A DNA stretch of 64,000 nt from positions 2,666,001-2,730,000 of the forward strand of contig OZ231126.1 of NCBI GenBank assembly GCA_965153355.1, given 5' to 3'. The DNA is from Flaccisagitta enflata. Lineage: Eukaryota. Every line of letters begins with the position of its first letter. The stretch's first letter is position 1. This document shows positions 26,985 through 40,869 of the stretch, in pieces. A program made the position numbers and the translations under genes. The notes beneath the pieces were generated by a model. That model did not search any database. It saw nothing but the letters and a program-made list of their open reading frames with translations, and was not told where the DNA came from.

Positions 26985-28197
26985 GCCAAATTTATGTCCA
27001 TGCGCCAGTATTTATCTGTCTGTCTTTTTGCAACTCTGTCAGTCAGTCAGTCTGTCAGACGAACACACACATGCACAGACACACACACACATACACACAC
27101 ACAAGTGACGCAGGGTTACAATATTGTGGGCGGGTTGGTGGGCAGAGGCATCCAACCCCCATTCACAACCCATGCCCCCCAATAGCACACATACCTGTTA
27201 AAGCATCTAAAACTAGTGGGGGAATTAACTAAGCTTGGTGAGCAAAATATTTTCTCTACCATATCCACGGGGCAGTCAAAATGCGTAATGGACCATATTA
27301 CAACAATGTGAAACAAAAAACCGACCAAAAATTTCCAGAAAGGGGCGCCGCAATCGACATTTTTGCAGCAACTCAGAAATGCTGCAAAAAGCTAAAAAAG
27401 CAATGTGAGAAGCATTTTTGTCACTAACAACGCTTTAATTCTTTTACATATTAGAGTTGAATATTGACTCAAATCATGTCAATAAGGCTTGTTAAACATC
27501 ATGCAATGATGAAAAATGATCTGCATTATGTTGAACGTAAAAGGTTGCAGCAAGTTGCAGCACTAAATGCCCTATTTTACCGCAAATTGAGCTTTTTTAA
27601 CACGAACAACATTTGTCCGCCAAGTAGTGTAATAGGAATTCAAGAAATATATTCTTTGTGTACTTGATGAATTATAACACCTGCATTACAACTTTTGGGA
27701 TTTGTGGCAACTTGTAGCAATCGCAGCAAAAACAAATACCAATCTAGCAGCAACTTGATAAAAGCTATGAAAAATCTTTAACCTACTTGATTTTTGAAAA
27801 TAACGAGGATTTGCCGATAAACCAGGCCAGATTAAGGTCACTAAGTGCTCCTCACTGATTAGGGTTATGGGAAAGAACTTGATGAATGAATGAATGAATG
27901 AATGAATGAATGAATGAATGAATGAATGAATGAATGAATGAATGAATAATTGAGTTTATAGAATGAAGAGTTTAGAATTGGCAGTTCGCGCATTTCAAAT
28001 GTTTGTGTGACCAATTGATAACCCAACCAACCAACCGACAGACATGACCTCCTACAGAAGTTCAAGGATGCATTTAAAATCTCCCTCTCAATCTCTTCAA
28101 CTAGATCTCGTTTATTTCTTCATTGCTTATAACTGCCTTGGACAAAATTTATACTTCGTCCAATTTTTATAATGCGTGGAAGTTTTAAGCCTCAAAA

Positions 28198-28234
<37 letters not shown>

Positions 28235-28474
28235 ACACACACACACACACATGATCATATACTCACACACACAATTGGGAAGGACAGATGCTCAAACCAA
28301 CTAATGGTCGGAATGATGGACGGACCAATGGACCAACGTACCAACGGAAGAACTATCAGGCAAAGCCTCTTTCAAAGTCGCGGGTGCACAACCTAAAAGA
28401 GAAATCGATTATCAAGATTGCGATAAAAATGCTTCTGACAGCGTGCCCACGAAGCCAACATTTAGGGTATCAAC

Positions 28475-29208
28475 TAGAGTTTACCTATACGCTTTTTTAT
28501 ACGCCACCTCTACCGGAAGTGGCAGATGAGACGCAAAAACGTATTTGGTGCTAAAATGAGTTTCCCATTGGCGTTTTTCAGGTTTTTCACTTGGCATTGA
28601 GGGAGTAGTAAGATTTAGGGAATTCATAGTGGATTTTTGGTGATCATTTTGATAATTTAATAAAAATTTCCAGAATTTTTTTGCTAATATCAAATAGATT
28701 ATTTTCATTCCTTATTTCTATCTATTTTCATCAGTTTTCATATTTCATGACTCACTTTTCATTTTTCATTTTTCATTTTTCATTTTTCATTTTACACTAC
28801 ACTTTTCACTTTTTTAATTTTCACTTTTCATTTTTGATGTTTCATTTTTCATTTGTTTTTTTTTTTTCATTTTTCATTTTGATATTTGATTCAATACTTT
28901 TTACAAATTTTTTTTCCCTTTCAAATTACCATTCTTTTAATAATTCTGTTGTCGCTTTTTTCATCTTTTTCATTTATATTCAATGTTTTTTACTCATATT
29001 TTATTAATCAAATTCTTTGTAATTATCTCATTTACTATATTTCATAGTTATATATATTTCACTAGTTGATTTGTTTTGTTAAAACAAAAAATAAAGTAAA
29101 ATAAATGATCGAGAATTCTCCCTCATGCTTATATCAAGTTTGTATCATCCCAAAAGAAATGCTGAAATGAGTCAAGAATCAAGTTCTTCTTGTCTATGTC
29201 TGTTTGTG

Positions 29209-29271
<63 letters not shown>

Positions 29272-29555
29272 GTGACAAAACGGAGATAGCACGTCGATGG
29301 CCATGCTTTTAATAATCTTAATCCATAACCATGCTTTGCTCAAGTATTTTCTTAAAGAGTCAACGATGCATCACAGGCACTGGAAAACTCATTTCATCTT
29401 AGAAAATAGTAGTAATTGTAATACTACTAAAAAAAACGTTAAAAAGCGTTTTTTTGGCTAAAAACTCCACTTATACGCAACCTACTATGCATATAATCTC
29501 AATTATACTTCCGTTATATGCCACTAGATGATTTTGTTAGAAACTCCAAACTCTA
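28475..29555. mobile_element. Non-autonomous hAT-like element
   Basis: Termini TAGAGTTT / AAACTCTA; perfect 8-bp TSD GTATCAAC (28467-28474 / 29556-29563). Confidence 0.75.
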
Positions 29556-30996
29556 GTATCAACTTGGGTCAAAATGGGAAAAATGTGAGAGTTGAAATAG
29601 AAAAACAAATGAATAAAAGTGATTGAAATTAGACATACATGATATTTGAAAGTAAAATTTGCATCCCCTTGGCAAGAAACTCAGATTTTGCCAATATTGC
29701 TGAAGATGTTATACTAAAAATTTCTAAAAATTTCTTTTTTGTCCACTGACAGGGTGCTGGTCGAAATTATAAGTTTGCATAGAAAACAAAAAAATGAAAA
29801 AACGAAAAACATAGTTCTCTTCCAAATTTGATTACAAAGAGAACTATGTTTTTGAAAATGCAAAAAATCCCCGCATTTGGCTGTCTTATAATTTCGACCA
29901 CAGGAAAAAGTTAGATTTAAATTTTTTTTTTTTTAGTAGTTTGCCTTAAGTAAGAAAGCTTTCTCGGTTGTATAACTGCCTGTGAGTGAATTTTTTTAAT
30001 AAGTCACTATCAATGATCACTGATAAGAAGCTTCAATGCTTCGGTAACAGTTTTGTATGATTTCTACATACAAAATACTACTATTTTCTGATTTTTCCCT
30101 CATTATGTAAATTATCTTTGTCACCCGAGGTACATAGCTTTTGACCTCTCCCCTGATTATAATAATGAAAATCCGGCCCCAGCATCGCTTTGACATATTA
30201 TTAGGAACCCTGATGGAGAATATAAACAGCTCTGGTAGCAACAAAATTATATTGATTGTCATAAAAATGTTATGATATGAAGAGTCATGGGAAAAATTGT
30301 CGACGGTTTTTCGCAAAAATGCCACTATTTTGCTGCTTTTTTTCATATATATTGTCTATTGAATCACTCTTAAGAGGCTATGTTGAGGTGTATATTAGCT
30401 TATTAAGTGCAGACAGTGACTACAAGACCTAAGAAAACATTAATGAGGGGATTTATGACTCCGTATTGAACTTAAAGTAGGCTGAAGCGTTTGCTGTTTT
30501 TCTGGAGGACTTGCCGTCTTCTTTGAAAGTCATCCATAGCAATTTTTGGAGATGCAAATTTGTATAATTCTTTTTGCTGAATCACTCGCAATAACACATG
30601 AAAAGACGAGAAAAGGTTGAATTCTGAAAAAAAAATGTTCAATTTCAACTTATGTTTCCCAAGCATAGATTCTCTCCTATACAAAAGGTAACAGATAAAT
30701 GGGTAGACATAAACATGTAAATAATGAAATGAATATGATTTGATAAATGGAGCGATGGATAGGAAGACAGACTGACAGGGCAGGGTCAAGAACACGACTA
30801 CTCCATTTAAATACAGATGGACAGTGGCAGTGATGTAAAGGACATCAGAAAATGTGGACAATGGACATGAGCAGTGAGTCGCCAAAAGAACGCCAAAGAA
30901 GTAACGCTATGGTTGGAAAGACCGCCAAAGCATGTGACTAAAAACAGGACTTGAGGACTTCAGGGCTTTACACGAGATAATCCCATTTTGAACTGG

Positions 30997-31356
30997 TAAC
31001 CCCCCAAAAACTGTAGCACCCCCCTACAGCTTCAACCACTGAATAAAGAAAGACATATAAAATAGGGAATGACAGCTCATATGAATATAATTAGCCTCAT
31101 CAGAGCGATTTTAGAATTCTATCCCTGTTATAGAGATATTGCTAAAAAATTAGTGAAAAATTGCATATTTGGTAAAATTAAAAAAAATGTCATTTTTAGT
31201 TAATTTTTAAGCCGTAATTCTAGACTTGGAATAAAATTCCAAAATCGCTCTGATGAGGCTAATTGTATTGATATAAGCTATTTTTTCTTACTTTATATGT
31301 CTTTTTTTATTCAGCAGTTGAGGCTGTAGGGGGGTGCTACAGTTTTTGGGGGGCTA
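30997..31356. mobile_element. Foldback MITE
   Basis: CCCCCAAAAACTGTAGCACCCCCCTACAGC...AGCCTCATCAGAGCGATTTT is mirrored at the right end. A decayed relative lies at ~25005-25360. Confidence 0.8.
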
Positions 31357-31490
31357 ACTTCTTGAATTTCACTTTTGTCTGTAGGTTGCTTATTTTTTAG
31401 TCGCGTGCTATGCAACTCTACAACCCGCTTTGTCAGTCGGTCCGTCCGTCCGTCGTCCGTCCGCCCGTGTTCCGTTAACTGAGAGAGATT

Positions 31491-31561
<71 letters not shown>

Positions 31562-31642
31562 ATACACGAAGATGAAGACTAAAACGCGCAAACCTTTTTC
31601 ATATGTTTTTTTTTCTTTTTTCGTTTGACCAAACAATAACAA

Positions 31643-31710
<68 letters not shown>

Positions 31711-33462
31711 GCCCAGTCAAACAGGCTCACAAGCAGGCCGACAGATTACCTCCTAATGATGAGTTACTCTTAGCTCGCAAACAGAAACGTAACCATGGCA
31801 GAAACAAGGCCAGATACACGGCAATCAAGTCGCGGACGGTTGGGCAGAAGCAGTAATGCAAAAAGCGCTCTGAATTCAAAAATGTTATGGACGGACAGAT
31901 GGATTGACCTACCGACCGACACGGCATGGTTCGACTAAAAAAGACTTAATGTCCATGAGCAGAAAACAAGCTTAGAATCCTTTTTAAAATGGCACAAAGA
32001 GTAAATATGTAACTTAATGTGTTCCAATTTCATACTACAAAAAAGAAACATATTTGTTTTTGATCAACTGTAGGACAACCAGCAAGATCCCATTCAAAAA
32101 ATCTTTTACAGAGCTCTCAAATGGTCGTGGATTTACTTTGATTCTTTCGTAGTGTACTAAAAATCAGAAGGGTCAGTTTTTGGGCAGCGGCTCCAAAGGG
32201 GTCGATGATCTATGCTTTCAAACATATAGGGGATATTCTCCTCCTCCTTTACTTCTTCATACGCCCCCCCTCCTGAATCAGATCCTAGCCCTGAGGCCCA
32301 AATCCCAGCCCTGAGGCCCAAATCCCAGCCTTGAGGCCCAAATCCCAGCCTTGAGGCCCAAATCTCCGCCTTGAGGCTAACATCTCCGCCTTTGAGGCCC
32401 AAATCCCATCCTCGGGATTTGGGCGTCAAGGCTGGGATTTGGGCCTTGTGGCTAGGATCTGAGTCAGAGGGGGGGGTGGATGGAGGAGGAGAAGGAGAAA
32501 ATCCCCCACATGTGTGAAAGCATAGGTCATCGACCCTTTTTGGGGCAATCCAGTCGCGGACGGTTGGATAGGAGCAGTAATGCAAAAACCGATTGGAATT
32601 CAAAAATGTGACGGACAGACAGACCGCCCTATCAACCTACCGACCAACTGACCGACACGGCAAGGTGTAGAGTCGCGTATCCGCAACTAAAAATTAGAAA
32701 AGCCAAGGCGGGTCATGTAATGGGAGCCATGTTAGAAGGCAACTGTGACAATTTTAATCATTTTCGGTTGTAGCATTTTGATTTGAAATGATCCATGCAG
32801 GCTCGGGATTTCCTCGTTGTTATTTCTTTGTCGCTATCTTTGTCTCCCCTTTATTATGTATGTCGCTATCTTTGTCTCTTTTTAGCGAAAATATCAAAAA
32901 TCAAAAATAATTCGGCGGCGCCCCTTTCTACTTAATAAAGGCCCAACTTGGGGTTTCTGTCCCTAGAAAAATATATCAACCCGAGGAAAAGTGCCCCGAG
33001 GGTTTATGATCGGATTGGTTTCCCCTCTACTTTTTGACTTATGGTACGTTTCACAGTCTCGCAGGCGGGGTACGAGTAAAATTGGTCATTTTTAGAACTA
33101 CATAAATTCAACAAAACTATACATCATTATCAAGCATATGTATTATTGTTCATGAACTCACTTTTGGATTTTGTTAGCGGTGTCTGATTCTTATGTAAAT
33201 TAGGTTATTGTAACAAGATGTCAAAATTTACCTTTATTTCAAAATTTAACCATTTAGAGAAGAAAGATCATCCAATGAAGGCGTATAATTGTGCAAAAAA
33301 GCAGGGCAAATGTTTTTACACTATATTGATCATTGGGTAGGAGTAGTAATAAAAAAAATTGAATGCAAACTCTCAGATAGTCCAAAATATCTATGTTTTT
33401 TGGACAGACTAAGCATCAGTCTGCGACAATATTGTAACCCTGCGTTTTTCTTTTTCTTTCTC

Positions 33463-33518
<56 letters not shown>

Positions 33519-35057
33519 TTTTTCTTTCTTTCTTTCTTTTTAGTTGCGGACACCCAACTTAATTCAAATTGAATTTTTTTCTATTTTTAGTCCCGTGCAC
33601 GCGACTCTACAACCCGCTCTGACCATCCGTCTGTCGGTCGGTCCATCGGTCGGTCGGTCACGCTTAGCTTTTTTGGCATTTATGGGCGGTTTTGGGGTTA
33701 CTGCTCCTGCCCAACTGCTTGGTTGGTCAAATTCATCATTGCCCCTGTCCACCCGCACCCAACTAGGGTAGGCCTTGTTTATGATTTTGTGTAGGATCAA
33801 TAAAGAAGTTTCTATGGGTTTGTTTGAGCATGCAAATACAAGAAAACAAGTTTATGAGCACAGCTGCTCATCTGTGAGGGAGTTTTTGAGCGTTTTAGCT
33901 CATTTAGCTCACTTAGCTCAGTCTTTGTTTTCTAATTTCAAATGCGATAAATGAGTAAAAATTTTCTTATATTTTTAAGTAGGCAAGTACAAGAAAGCAT
34001 GTCAGTGAGCAGAGCTGCTCATCTGTGAGGGTGTTTTTAAGTATTCTAGCTCATTTAGCTCCTTTAGCCTGCTCTTTTTCTCTAAAATTTAATTGGATGA
34101 ATAGATTAATGTTTTGATTTGAGCATGCAAGAAAGCATGGTAGTGAGTAGAGCTGGTTGTCTGGTTGAATTATAGTATGTCATCAGAATCATCTAGCTCA
34201 TTTGGCTTAGTGCTATTTTTCTCTGATTTTCAGTGCAATCAATACATACAATTGCTCTTGATTTGATCTAACAATAAAAAATATTGCAGTGACTGAAGAC
34301 AAAAGCTTGGCGAAAAGTGACCAATACTTACAACTTTTTTCCTCACGGCGACAGTCGCCATTACTTGTATAAGAGGCTTTGCCCATGCATTCATCCCATG
34401 CATTGGTCCGTTGGTCAGTTCATTACTCCATCAAATAAGCGTTTTTTGAATACTTTTCAAGTATGTTTGAATGTGTGTGGGGTGTGGATGGGGGTTGGAC
34501 GCCCAGACGACGAACGTAGCCTTAGATGTGTAAAAGACTTTTTTAAGGTACCATCATTTTTTACCAAGCAAATTCAAGATTCTCTGTTGCATTATTCTTC
34601 ATTTTATGGATTGAAAAATAAACTACCGGAAAATTCTTTGGCTAGTTTCTAGTCTTTGCTTACAAATGGTTCTCGATGGTTGTGAATCATAGTGTTGTAG
34701 AAAAAGTAGAGAAGTGTTGATTGACCATTTTGTGCGTCAAATTTGTTGAACAACAAAATGCTCTGTTGATGTAAGCTATGATGATTGCTGATGAATATTT
34801 TTTTCTTTCCTAGTTGACATATTCATCCTTTATTTCATCCCACTTCTATGGCCGGAAGAATTGATATGACAATGGATTCTACTTAATTAGACATGAATCT
34901 ATGAGAATCAAGAAAAAAATCAATTCTTCCGCCAATTTAGGTACCCTGCGTACCCCCCCTGGTTTGGACGCCCCTTCTCACCCGTCTGCCATGATAAAGC
35001 GACCCTGCATCACATGTTTCTTTCTTGCTTTTTTTCTCTACTGCTGATACTGAATCT

Positions 35058-35433
35058 TTCTTTTTTTTTCTTTTTTTTTCTCTTTTTTTTTCTTTATTTT
35101 TTTTCTTTTTTTTTTCTTTCTTTTTCTTTTTCATTTTCTTCTTCTTCTTCTTCTTCTTCCCCTTCTTCTTCTTCATCTTTATCTTCTTCTCATTCTCTCT
35201 TCTTCATCATCATCTCCATCTCCTCCTCTCTTCTTCTTGTTTTTTTTTGTTTTTCTTCATATTTCTCCTCTCCTTCTTCTTCTTCTGTTTCTTCGTCTTC
35301 TTCCTCTTCATATTCTTCTTCTTCTTCTCATTCTTCTTCTCATTCTTCTTCTTCTCCCCTTTCTCCTTCTTCATCTTCTTCTTCTTCTTCTTCTTCTTCT
35401 TCTTCTTCTTCTTCTTCTTCTTCTTCTTCTTCT
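35058..35433. repeat. Polypyrimidine / (TTC)n low-complexity tract
   Basis: Direct reading. Confidence 0.95.
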
Positions 35434-38400
35434 TTTTATCACATTCAGTCAATCTTAGTCCTAACGCTAACACGAGCATCTTCTCGTTTTCTTCTTGCTC
35501 TTGAGAAAGCGATACAAATTCTGTTCACATTTTTTTGTAAAGATTTCACAAAAATACTCACATATCGAAAACGGTTGGTGCAAAAAACTTGAAATTTTGA
35601 AAGTATGCGCAGAATTCAATTGCTCTTTCAGACCATACCTCTGATTGAACGCTCAAGTATCATACAGCTAGATGAAATATTGTGGAATACAGCATTATGC
35701 AATATGCATGTCTTACAGGGTGTGAACACAATTTGTATCGCATCTTTGAAATTGCATTTCTCAGCACTGAGTCATCAAGATTATTTGAAATTTGTCATTT
35801 ACAATCCCATAGCTCTTCTTCAAACGGGGGAATTTCCAAAAGTCGTCAAAAATGCTATACTGGAAAAAAAATCCCCTGTTAAGTTTTAACCATACTGAAA
35901 GGTCCCCAATCAACATAATTCTTATTCTCATTTCACCCACAATCTGGACAAATGAAATTATCCTATTTTTCTGAAATATTCCTTCGTTCTTTACCTCATT
36001 TTCCACCTCATTCGTTGCCTTCATCATAAGAGCAACAATTGAGCGACAGACCAAAATGAGCCAAATCAAGCCTATTTTGGGTCACATCGACCCAGGATAT
36101 GTTGCCCCCGGCATTGAAAAGTCTGCCCAGGGTCGTATGTGATGTCTTAGAACTGATGAAGACATGCCTGATGATATGCAAGATGAGTGAGGCTTTCAAA
36201 TGCATCATAATGTCATGGGATTTCCACGGGCTGCTGGATAGCAAAACATGTACCAATTGTAATTTTTCAGCATTTAATGGCCATTTTACAGCAATTTTTG
36301 GCCCTTAAACAGCATTTTTATGTCATAATATCTTACAAAATGTTATTGTGATTAGATGGGATTGTTATATGTATGTGTTCTAGGCCATAATGCTCTATTT
36401 TGCCAAGTCTTCAAATCTTTACAGCAGCATCTCAGAGAGAAACACCCAAAATTCTGTTTGTATTCTACATTTAAGGCATCTTTCAGCATAAAATGATAAT
36501 GAATTTCAACAATCAAGGTGGAAAATTTGGTAGGCGAGTGTCTTTGGCCCTTTTACTCCCTTTTTGACCCTTTAGAAGTTAATGTGGCGGAGGAAAAAAG
36601 AGAAATACCTTAAAAACAGTTGAAAAATGTTATTTTTACAGCATTTCCACAGCATTTTACAGCATTAAATCAAAATTTTTCAAGCCAAGTTTTTTTATTT
36701 TGCTACAAAATATTTTTTAAGCATTCCCAAAGACAAATCCATCGGCTTTTTAGACCTAATGTTTCATTTTGGCCGTCCAAAGTCTCCAACGCTATGAGAC
36801 TCCAAGAAAACTTGATGGAGCTATGAGAAATGTGTTCACACTTTAGGGCATGTAATAACAAAAATGCTCATATTTCCTGAACGCATAGAGCAATGGTCTT
36901 GAAATTTTGAACTTGTGCACAGAATTTCATGCTCTTTCAGACCATACCTCATGGCGGGCCCCCTGGTATCATGTGACTGGTCAAATCACCGTGACTAACA
37001 GCGTGACATGAGCGTGACAGGGTGTGAACACATTTCTCATAGCACATTCAAAATCTTATACCTCCAGTCTGAGAAATGGGGAAGTCATGAAATTTGGCAT
37101 GAACACCCTCACATGATTCTTCTAAATGGGCAAAAAAGAAAAAGTTTTGAAATCCTAAGTAATGAGCCTTTTTTTTTGAATTAGTCAACTTTTTTCAAAA
37201 AAATTGTCAAAACGGGTGATTAAAAAAAAACATCAAAAGTCGTAAATTTACAATATAAAAAAGTGACCTATCATTGTGAGATTTTAGATGCTTTGAACCA
37301 CAACCAGGACAAATGAAAATGACCCTTTCTCTCATAATATTTTCCATTTTTTGTTATCTTTTACCCCTATGAAAGTCAGTGTGACCTATGTGAGACATAC
37401 CAAAATCACTAAAATTAGTCCTTTTTTGGGCCATAGAGCCTCATAATATGTCGCTAATGGAGACAAAAATTTGTTCCTTTGGTACTTCCTGATACCCCCG
37501 AACAGTTAATGGCACTTTTCTCACAAAATAGTTTTGGTAAGAATACTCGATATACTAGCTAATCAGGTTATCTCCCTGGCCCGGCGAATCCTGAATCCTA
37601 CCTAATGCATCTCAAACTAACAATGAAGGTGATGGTGCTTATGTTTTTGTTGCATTTGATGTTATCGTTATCGTTGTTGTTTTTGTTGTTGACAATACTT
37701 TTGTAGTCGGTGTCGTTGTTACCACCATCACCATCACTGCCACCATCGCTCTCATTGCCAGCATTGCCACCAGCGCCACCATCATAGCCACCATGGCCTT
37801 CATTGCCACCATCGCCATCATTGCAACCATCGCCTGGGTGAAATCCATTTTTAACTCAAATTTACATCAACTTCGGAAGATGGCTGCTTCATTACAAATT
37901 GAGCTAATGACCTCAACATGGGCCCTTTTTAAAAAGTTGCGTCTGTTCTTCAAAATAAGCTCAAGTTGAGGTCATTAGCTCAAATTGTTTAAAAGAATCA
38001 AGCTTCAAAGTTGCACAAGTGAAATCCATGTTTTGCACAACCTTACATCAACTTTGGAGCAATGCTGCTTCTAAAATTGCTGCTTCTAGAATTGAACTAA
38101 TGTCCTCAACTTGAGCTCATTTTGAAGAGTTGGGTCTACTCTTAAAAATGAGCCGAAGTTGAGGTCATTAGCTCAGCTTGTTTAAAAGATATGAGCTAAC
38201 AAAGATTGAGATGTCTCCGTTTTTTCTTTGTTTTTCTTTAACCACCACTGCTCCAATTCTAATGACCGTGACTTTCTGAGGCCTGTTTAATATTTTTTAG
38301 TTATTTTGGAAAGGAAAAAGCGCCGGGTGGGGGTACTCAAGCCATTTCCTGGGCATTTCATGAGCACTAGTCGTCATGCTATAAGACCTGAGTTGCAAGA

Positions 38401-39689
38401 AATCATCGCATAACTGAAAAAAAACACCACCATTTTTAGTTGCGTGCTACGCGACTCTACACCCCGCTATGTCGGTCCGTCGGTCGGTCGGTCGGTCCCC
38501 TTTTTTACTTTTTCGGCGTTTTTGAGCTTTTTGAGCACACGGCTCCTGTCCAGATGACCCAGTGACCTTCTCCAGCACTGCTCCTGCCCACCCGCACGCG
38601 ACTAGGGTAGCCGTGTATCCGGCCTTGTTCCTTTGAATTGTGAAGGTGATGGACGAAAAAATTAGAGCTAGATTTTTTTCGCGACGGTTTTCCCATGTGT
38701 GGGAGATACTTTGGGAGTGAAATGTGCAAAAATTGGAAGGCGACCCTCCTCAAATACCTGTAACATGTCCCTAATTTACATCTAATCACAGTGGGTATTC
38801 AACTATTCATCTTAAGCCTTGGTCTCTAACGCAGTAATTCACCTAAATTTTTGGTCGCGTGCTACGCGACTCTACACCCCATCATGTCCGTCCGTCGGTC
38901 GGTTGGTTGGTTGGTCGGTCGGTTGATCAGATGGTCGGTCCCCTTTTTGGGGCAGCGGGGTCAATGACCTGTGCATTCACACAAATGGGGAATTTTCTCC
39001 TTCTCCGTCTGTTTCCCCCCCCCCCTTTACTCAAATCCTAGCCTCAAGGCCTAAGTCCCAGTCTTGTGACCCAAATCCCACCCTTGAGGCTCAAATCCAA
39101 GCCTTGAGGCTCATATACCAGCCTTAAAGACCAAATCCCAGCTTCAAGGCTCAAATCCCAGCCTCAAGGCCTAAATCCCTGCCTTGAGGCACAATTCCCA
39201 GCCTCAAGGCCCAAATCCCAGAGAGGAGAAGGAGAAAATTCCCCACATGAGTGAAAGCATAGGTCATCAACCCCTTCGTGACCGCTGCCCTGCTCCCTCT
39301 CTAAACTTCAAGCATAAACTAATGGCAGGGCACGGGTACCGCTGGCCTTCTAACGCTTTTGCGACTACTACTTTTTTGGCGTTTTTGATGCCCTAGTGAC
39401 CTTCTCCAGCACTGCTCCTGCCCACCCGCACACGACTAGGGTAACCGTGTATCCGGCCTGCATCAACTATGAGGCTAAACCAGCCCGGCCCGATCGGGGA
39501 AATATGCATATTTCCCCGTCCTGATTCTGTCTCAGATTGTTTGAAATTTTGCGCTAAATAATATGGGTCGGAAATATGCGTTTCAAGCCTTTTGAGTTGT
39601 GCGTTACAGATGGACAGACGAACAAAGCCTCGTATAGAGTCGCGGGTCGGCTACTAAAAACAATACAAGGACATAACAAATTCTTTTAC

Positions 39690-39864
39690 CTGAAAGCGTA
39701 TGAATGTTGGGACTGTGATCCTTTTCCCCGACAATTCTGCTTTCATAGACTGATTCTTGTTTGTCTATCGAAGTTCCATCGGTCAAAATGGCATCGATGT
39801 TGACGAAGATGGAAACAATGAAGACAAGCGAAAATGGCGGCCATTTAAAAAGCATTTTCATCAT
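39690..39864 (-). CDS. Candidate first coding exon with signal peptide
   Basis: MMKMLFKWPPFSLVFIVSIFVNIDA-ILTDG...IHTLS-G|gtaaaag; basic n-region, hydrophobic core, IDA cleavage-like motif; phase-1 donor. Confidence 0.55.
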
Positions 39865-40869
39865 CTTAAGCTTACTATCTTGGATAAAAAATCTTTCCTT
39901 TTGAAAAGCTTTGAAGAAGTCCTGCTCTTTCACAAGTTTCTCCAACGGAATGGTATAACACAATTCTGCGAAGAAAAAGAGAATGACTTTTGACCATCAG
40001 AGGCCTTGAAATCGTTCAGAGTCGTCTTTACTGGTTTCTTTAACTACCAGTAATGGCGGCTATCGCAGTTAGGAAAAAAGTCGTAAGCATTAGTCACTTT
40101 TCACCAAGCTTTTGTCCTCAGTCATTGCAAATTCTTTTACTTGTTAAATCAAATCAGAAGCAATTGTATGTATTGATTTCACTGAAAATATGTGAAAAAT
40201 AGGACTGAGTCCAATGTGCTAGATGAGCTAAAACACTCGAAACACTCAACCAGACAACCAGTTTGCTCACTGACATAAATATGCCACACAGCAACTGTAA
40301 TGGAATAATATCATTCAGTTTATCTTTTTTTTCGACAGCGGCCATGAAGGGACTGATGACCTATTCTTCCACACATACTCTTCTCCTTCGCCTTCGTAAC
40401 CCCCCCCCCCGGCGGCAAGACCCAAATCCCAGCCTTAAGGCCCATATCCCAGACTTGAGGCCCAAATCCTAGCCTCAAGGGTCAAAGTCCATCCTTGAGG
40501 CCCAAATCCCAGCCCCAAGGCCCAAGTCCCTGACTCAGAGCACAAGTCCTAACCTAATGGCCCAAATTCCATGCAGAGGAAGGAGAAGGAGGAGGAGGAG
40601 AAATTTACTCATGTGTGCCGAGCTCCCTCCTTCAACTTCAATCACAACCTACTAAGGCAAAGCACGGGTACCACTGACCATCTAACGTTTTTGCGACTAT
40701 TCATATCATTCTAAACAGTGTCAAAATTGTAGTTAAGTGCTTCAAAATAACCTATGCAATTTTACAGTTTGGCAATTTTCCTAATCTTTTGAAATAATCG
40801 CTAGTGTCAGATGGTCAGTAGTACCTGATGCCCCTAGGCTATTCTTATGTGAGGTTATGTGATGGTGAG

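Noticed and set aside
30472-30623. Minus-strand exon EFNLFSSFH...RFSLL*
   Set aside because: It has an acceptor and 50 open codons but no recognisable motif or independent support; it could be an alternative partner for the 39690 donor.
34937-35592. Poly-K/F/S ORFs and an RRVRR motif
   Set aside because: Polypyrimidine tract plus what looks like a CAGGG-type element end.
35925-36255. PHD-finger-like remnant on the minus strand (YHQACL...FQC; FICPDC)
   Set aside because: Several stops, an incomplete Cys pattern and no element boundaries; too weak to call.
37639-37848. Gly/Asp/Asn-rich or Met/Ala-rich exon
   Set aside because: Decayed trinucleotide repeat; the apparent start and acceptor come from an adjacent repeat end.
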